In this document: in pieces, positions 46,916 to 50,004 of the stretch | Layout of the letters: each line of letters begins with the position of its first letter | Numbering within the stretch: position 1 is the stretch's first letter | IMG/VR virus record: IMGVR_UViG_3300033159_000002 | Coordinates: 1 to 50,004 of that record | Reading direction: 5' to 3' (one strand) | DNA length: 50,004 bases | The notes under the pieces: generated by a model | The model's input: only the letters and a program-made list of their open reading frames with translations | The model's database searches: none | What the model was told of the DNA's origin: nothing | Program-made: the position numbers and the translations under genes

Positions 46916-47935
46916 TTGATGTTTGTCAACGGTATATTATACTTAGAAGTAGCCTCTTTTATAATATACCTATTTTATATACTAGGTGTAGTGTTTACTT
47001 TCCTCTACTTAGTAAAAGAGGATAAGAGGTTTGCCGACTTAATCGTGTTCTTTACATTTATCGCCACATTTACTGCCGTCTCGGTATACAGGCTCCCCTC
47101 ACAAACCGATGAGGAAAGCTTGGTATTATACGCAGCATTCCTCTTCAGGCATGGGGTTAATCCCTATACAACAAACCTCATTAACGCTTATAAGATGTTT
47201 CCCGTAGCTGAACCCGTAGTCACGGTTACACTCACCCCCACCTATTACGTTAACGTGTTCGGTTACCCTGCGTTATATTTCGAGATAGCCTCTGTTATAT
47301 ACCCTCAGATTGCTACACTGGCCACGACTTTCTTGCTTTACCTCTTTCTGAGGTGGAAGGGTAAGGAGAAGTTATTCTTTATCGTCATGTTGATTGAAGA
47401 AAGTTATTCGGCTTTTACAGGTGCGACGTTTGACATAATATCCCTAGCCATTGCAATCATAGCACTTACGACGAAAGGTTGGGTCAGATCGGCACTTATG
47501 GCGCTAAGCGGTGACATTAAGCAATATACGTTACTTTACTTACCGTTTATGTGGAAGGATTATTGGGGTAAGTGGAAAGAACTGGCAAAGAACATCCTCA
47601 TACCGTTGGCCGTTTTCCTAATCCCTAACTTACCCTTCATCTCGTTAAAATGGGCTTTTGATGTTTTAGGCCCTCTCACGCAACCTATAGCGAATCAAGG
47701 TATTTCGATCAGTTTGCTGAATCTGACAGGAGCACCTATACCGCACATTGCATATACTGTCGCTTTCCTAACACTCTACACCGCATTGTTGATATTGTAT
47801 AAACCTAACACTAAGTGGAAGTGGATCCTCCCAGCTTTTATCTGGCTCGTAAGCTGGAGGGATTTAAACTATTTCTTATTCTATATCACGATATGGGTGA
47901 GTAGTTATGAGCTGGAAGGTGCTGATAACGGTTAG
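46916..47935 (+). CDS. Polytopic GT-C-fold glycosyltransferase (GT87-like)
   Basis: TDE...GVNPY, FGYP and IKQY motifs; ~9-10 TM. Confidence 0.65.
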   Translation: MMFVNGILYLEVASFIIYLFYILGVVFTFLYLVKEDKRFADLIVFFTFIATFTAVSVYRLPSQTDEESLVLYAAFLFRHGVNPYTTNLINAYKMFPVAEPVVTVTLTPTYYVNVFGYPALYFEIASVIYPQIATLATTFLLYLFLRWKGKEKLFFIVMLIEESYSAFTGATFDIISLAIAIIALTTKGWVRSALMALSGDIKQYTLLYLPFMWKDYWGKWKELAKNILIPLAVFLIPNLPFISLKWAFDVLGPLTQPIANQGISISLLNLTGAPIPHIAYTVAFLTLYTALLILYKPNTKWKWILPAFIWLVSWRDLNYFLFYITIWVSSYELEGADNG

Positions 47936-48605
47936 TCTTATTGTACTCGAAATGCTCACGATTTCGTTATTGTTTAAGCCGACGTTACCGCTGACGGTCT
48001 ACATTGTAAGGGTCTACGACGTCGGTGACGTAGGGTACTGGGACGTAGTGTGCTTAAACGTTACCAATCACGGAAACTCCCCAGTTTACCCTATTTTCCT
48101 GCTTAACGAATTCGGCAGTGAGAAGAGGTGGGTGGTCTCGAGCCAAATCATGGCTTATGCACCTTATAACTGCACATTGCCTGTTATCCCGCCCCACTCA
48201 TGGCGTCTGATCAACATCTCTGCACCGTCACCCCTTTACTTCATACCGCCTTTTACCAAGATCTTCGTCCAGGTCTACTCGGGATATAATTTTGTAAACT
48301 CCCCAGTTTACGTAACACCTAATATAACTAGGCCTCCTATCATCAACCCAGACTTTTCCGTACTGTACTATAGCGGAAAGTATAACGAGGTGTTACCGTG
48401 GGGCTGGTACATCGAGCTTACTCCAGGAACCAAACTCTCCTATAACAACGGCGTTATTGTAAACGGAACTGCAATATTTTACCAACCAGTTTTCGGAAAC
48501 GTGACCGTGATAGGATATAATATCTATTACACGGTCTCTGGTAACGTCCTGTACATTTACGTCCATAACGGTTATGTGAGGGGTGTTGTGGAAAATGGGT
48601 CGTGA
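47907..48605 (+). CDS. Membrane-anchored extracellular beta protein
   Basis: N-terminal TM and many sequons; two recombination-motif copies encode NSPVY. Confidence 0.7.
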   Translation: MSWKVLITVSLIVLEMLTISLLFKPTLPLTVYIVRVYDVGDVGYWDVVCLNVTNHGNSPVYPIFLLNEFGSEKRWVVSSQIMAYAPYNCTLPVIPPHSWRLINISAPSPLYFIPPFTKIFVQVYSGYNFVNSPVYVTPNITRPPIINPDFSVLYYSGKYNEVLPWGWYIELTPGTKLSYNNGVIVNGTAIFYQPVFGNVTVIGYNIYYTVSGNVLYIYVHNGYVRGVVENGS

Positions 48606-48930
48606 GATATGCGAGAAATTTATAAACGATATTATCACGAAAGCTAAGAGCAAAATATATTATTTTAGTGACAAGAAGAACGGATTTTACAGCTATTACG
48701 GTGTACAGGCCAGAAAGTTGAAGTACTTTATCGAGGACGATGAGGAGATAGTGAAATTATGCGAAAAGAAGTATGACACGCTGGAGATGTGCGTATCTAA
48801 GCTATTAGCTTATTGTGCGGAAAGGGAGAACTACCCACCAGCGATTTATATTTACGCTAGAATATTTTTTAATAAACCGATAAACATAGATGAGTTAAAG
48901 AGGCTGGTGGAGAAAAGTGTTAGGCGATGA
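48583..48930 (+). CDS. Hypothetical protein
   Basis: Operon member. Confidence 0.65.
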   Translation: MLWKMGREICEKFINDIITKAKSKIYYFSDKKNGFYSYYGVQARKLKYFIEDDEEIVKLCEKKYDTLEMCVSKLLAYCAERENYPPAIYIYARIFFNKPINIDELKRLVEKSVRR

Positions 48931-49255
48931 GTTGATTATTACGCTCTCGATAGACTTTATAGCATTAGCACTCCAACTCTACCTCATCAACAAGGACACC
49001 CCGATTTACCTTGACGCCCTCATTACAATTTTTCTGGCAATCTTTAATTTCGCTTCATACCTAAACGGTTTGATATATGTGGCTGGTGAGAACGAAACAA
49101 AGATAAACAACTCGACAGTTATAATAACGCCCGTTTATAAGCCTGACCCCTTCGCTCCCCTTTACATGATAGGGTTCGTCATAACGATAGTGTCGGCTTT
49201 CCTGCTAATAATAAAAATATTTACAAAAAAAGGAAGTTTTGAATTATTCCCTTAA
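48917..49255 (+). CDS. 3-TM membrane protein
   Basis: Hydrophobic segments. Confidence 0.7.
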   Translation: MLGDELIITLSIDFIALALQLYLINKDTPIYLDALITIFLAIFNFASYLNGLIYVAGENETKINNSTVIITPVYKPDPFAPLYMIGFVITIVSAFLLIIKIFTKKGSFELFP

Positions 49256-49459
49256 TGTCTTTTCTAAAAGTGCACCACAATATGTGGTATCTAAATGCCT
49301 TTGCAGAAAAAACACGTTTTTAAACTTATGGCCACATATCGGGCATTTTTTCTCCTTTATCGAGCCTAGGATGTCAATATTCTTCTTCTCAGCATTTAGG
49401 ATTAACCATCTCATTCCGAGTAACTTTTTATATTTCGAGACCGCGTAAAGCTCTTTCAT
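49244..49459 (-). CDS. C2H2-type zinc-finger protein
   Basis: CPICGHKFKNVFFLQRHL...C. Confidence 0.8.
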   Translation of the reverse strand: MKELYAVSKYKKLLGMRWLILNAEKKNIDILGSIKEKKCPICGHKFKNVFFLQRHLDTTYCGALLEKTLRE

Positions 49460-49518
49460 TATATAATGAATTCATAATTTGCTTTAAAACTTTTATTATT
49501 ACACAGAAACATGTATCT

Positions 49519-49725
49519 ATGGACGTTATCAAAATAATCACCGCATATAACCCCCTATTTTCTCCAGAACAAGAAAATATTATCATGGTACCGCTAGACT
49601 ATGTCGAAGATGTTAAGGAGCTCGCAGAGTCATATAAGGCCAAGATTCAGATTTTTCAAAAAAGGAGGAGTAGGTTCGCTTATATAAGGTGGTATTACCC
49701 AACCGCTGGTGAGAAGAATGAGTGA
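49519..49725 (+). CDS. Small hypothetical protein
   Basis: Leaderless ATG after TTTTATTA; overlaps the next ORF. Confidence 0.6.
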   Translation: MDVIKIITAYNPLFSPEQENIIMVPLDYVEDVKELAESYKAKIQIFQKRRSRFAYIRWYYPTAGEKNE

Positions 49726-50004
49726 CGAAAAACAGCAGCAACAGCAACAGACTGGAATTAGGGGGACTAGCGCAAAAACCGTAGTAGTAAAAGTAAGCCC
49801 CCTCGCCTTTGACGAGAACCACGGACTCGTAAAACTGGTCAAACAGCCCCTATCAAAGATAAACCTCCTTGAAGAGTTGAAAGATGACGACGTAATCAAC
49901 AGTATCAATAAACTCAAACAATTTGAGAGTGCTGTTATTGCAGCGTTACTTGAGGATTTACAGCAGGAAGTACGTTACATCACAGTCCCCTCACTTATAC
50001 TTCC
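49718..50004 (+). CDS. 5' part of a junction-spanning hypothetical protein (~192 aa, MSDEKQQQQQQTG...), continuing at 1..419
   Basis: ATG at 49718 with GGTGA RBS; the frame is continuous across the circular junction into ORF 144..419. Confidence 0.8.
   Translation, partial: MSDEKQQQQQQTGIRGTSAKTVVVKVSPLAFDENHGLVKLVKQPLSKINLLEELKDDDVINSINKLKQFESAVIAALLEDLQQEVRYITVPSLIL

Overview
The window is an apparently complete circular genome of about 49,877 bp; positions 1-127 duplicate 49878-50004 as an assembly overlap. It is most likely an AT-rich virus or virus-like element of thermoacidophilic Sulfolobales archaea. Evidence: archaeal BRE/TATA promoters and GGTGA ribosome-binding sites, a TFB homologue, an AcrIII-1/DUF1874 ring nuclease, RHH, wHTH and C2H2 regulators, a spindle-virus-type hydrophobic hairpin capsid candidate, a tyrosine recombinase, AAA+ and P-loop ATPases, an IS605-derived MITE, and about 15 copies of the pNOB8-type plasmid recombination motif TAAACTGGGGAGTTTA. 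The standout feature is a ~2.07 kb non-CRISPR array (4705-6772) of about 55 units with a 38-nt period (13-nt repeat / 9-nt variable / 7-nt repeat / 9-nt variable). It lies directly downstream of a 343-aa IS110/Nop-domain protein that lacks RuvC and carries two Zn-ribbon insertions. This is a TIGR-Tas-like dual-spacer RNA-guided system with no obvious nuclease. Other highlights: a viral TFB fused to a C-terminal Zn ribbon, distinct conserved promoter classes (a candidate anti-defence early regulon and a leaderless structural-gene class), a 1464-aa protein with a possible ADP-ribosyltransferase-like domain, a homopolymer-frameshifted acyltransferase, and a four-copy ~125-160 bp non-coding repeat. 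All protein calls come from motif recognition by eye; no database searches were run.
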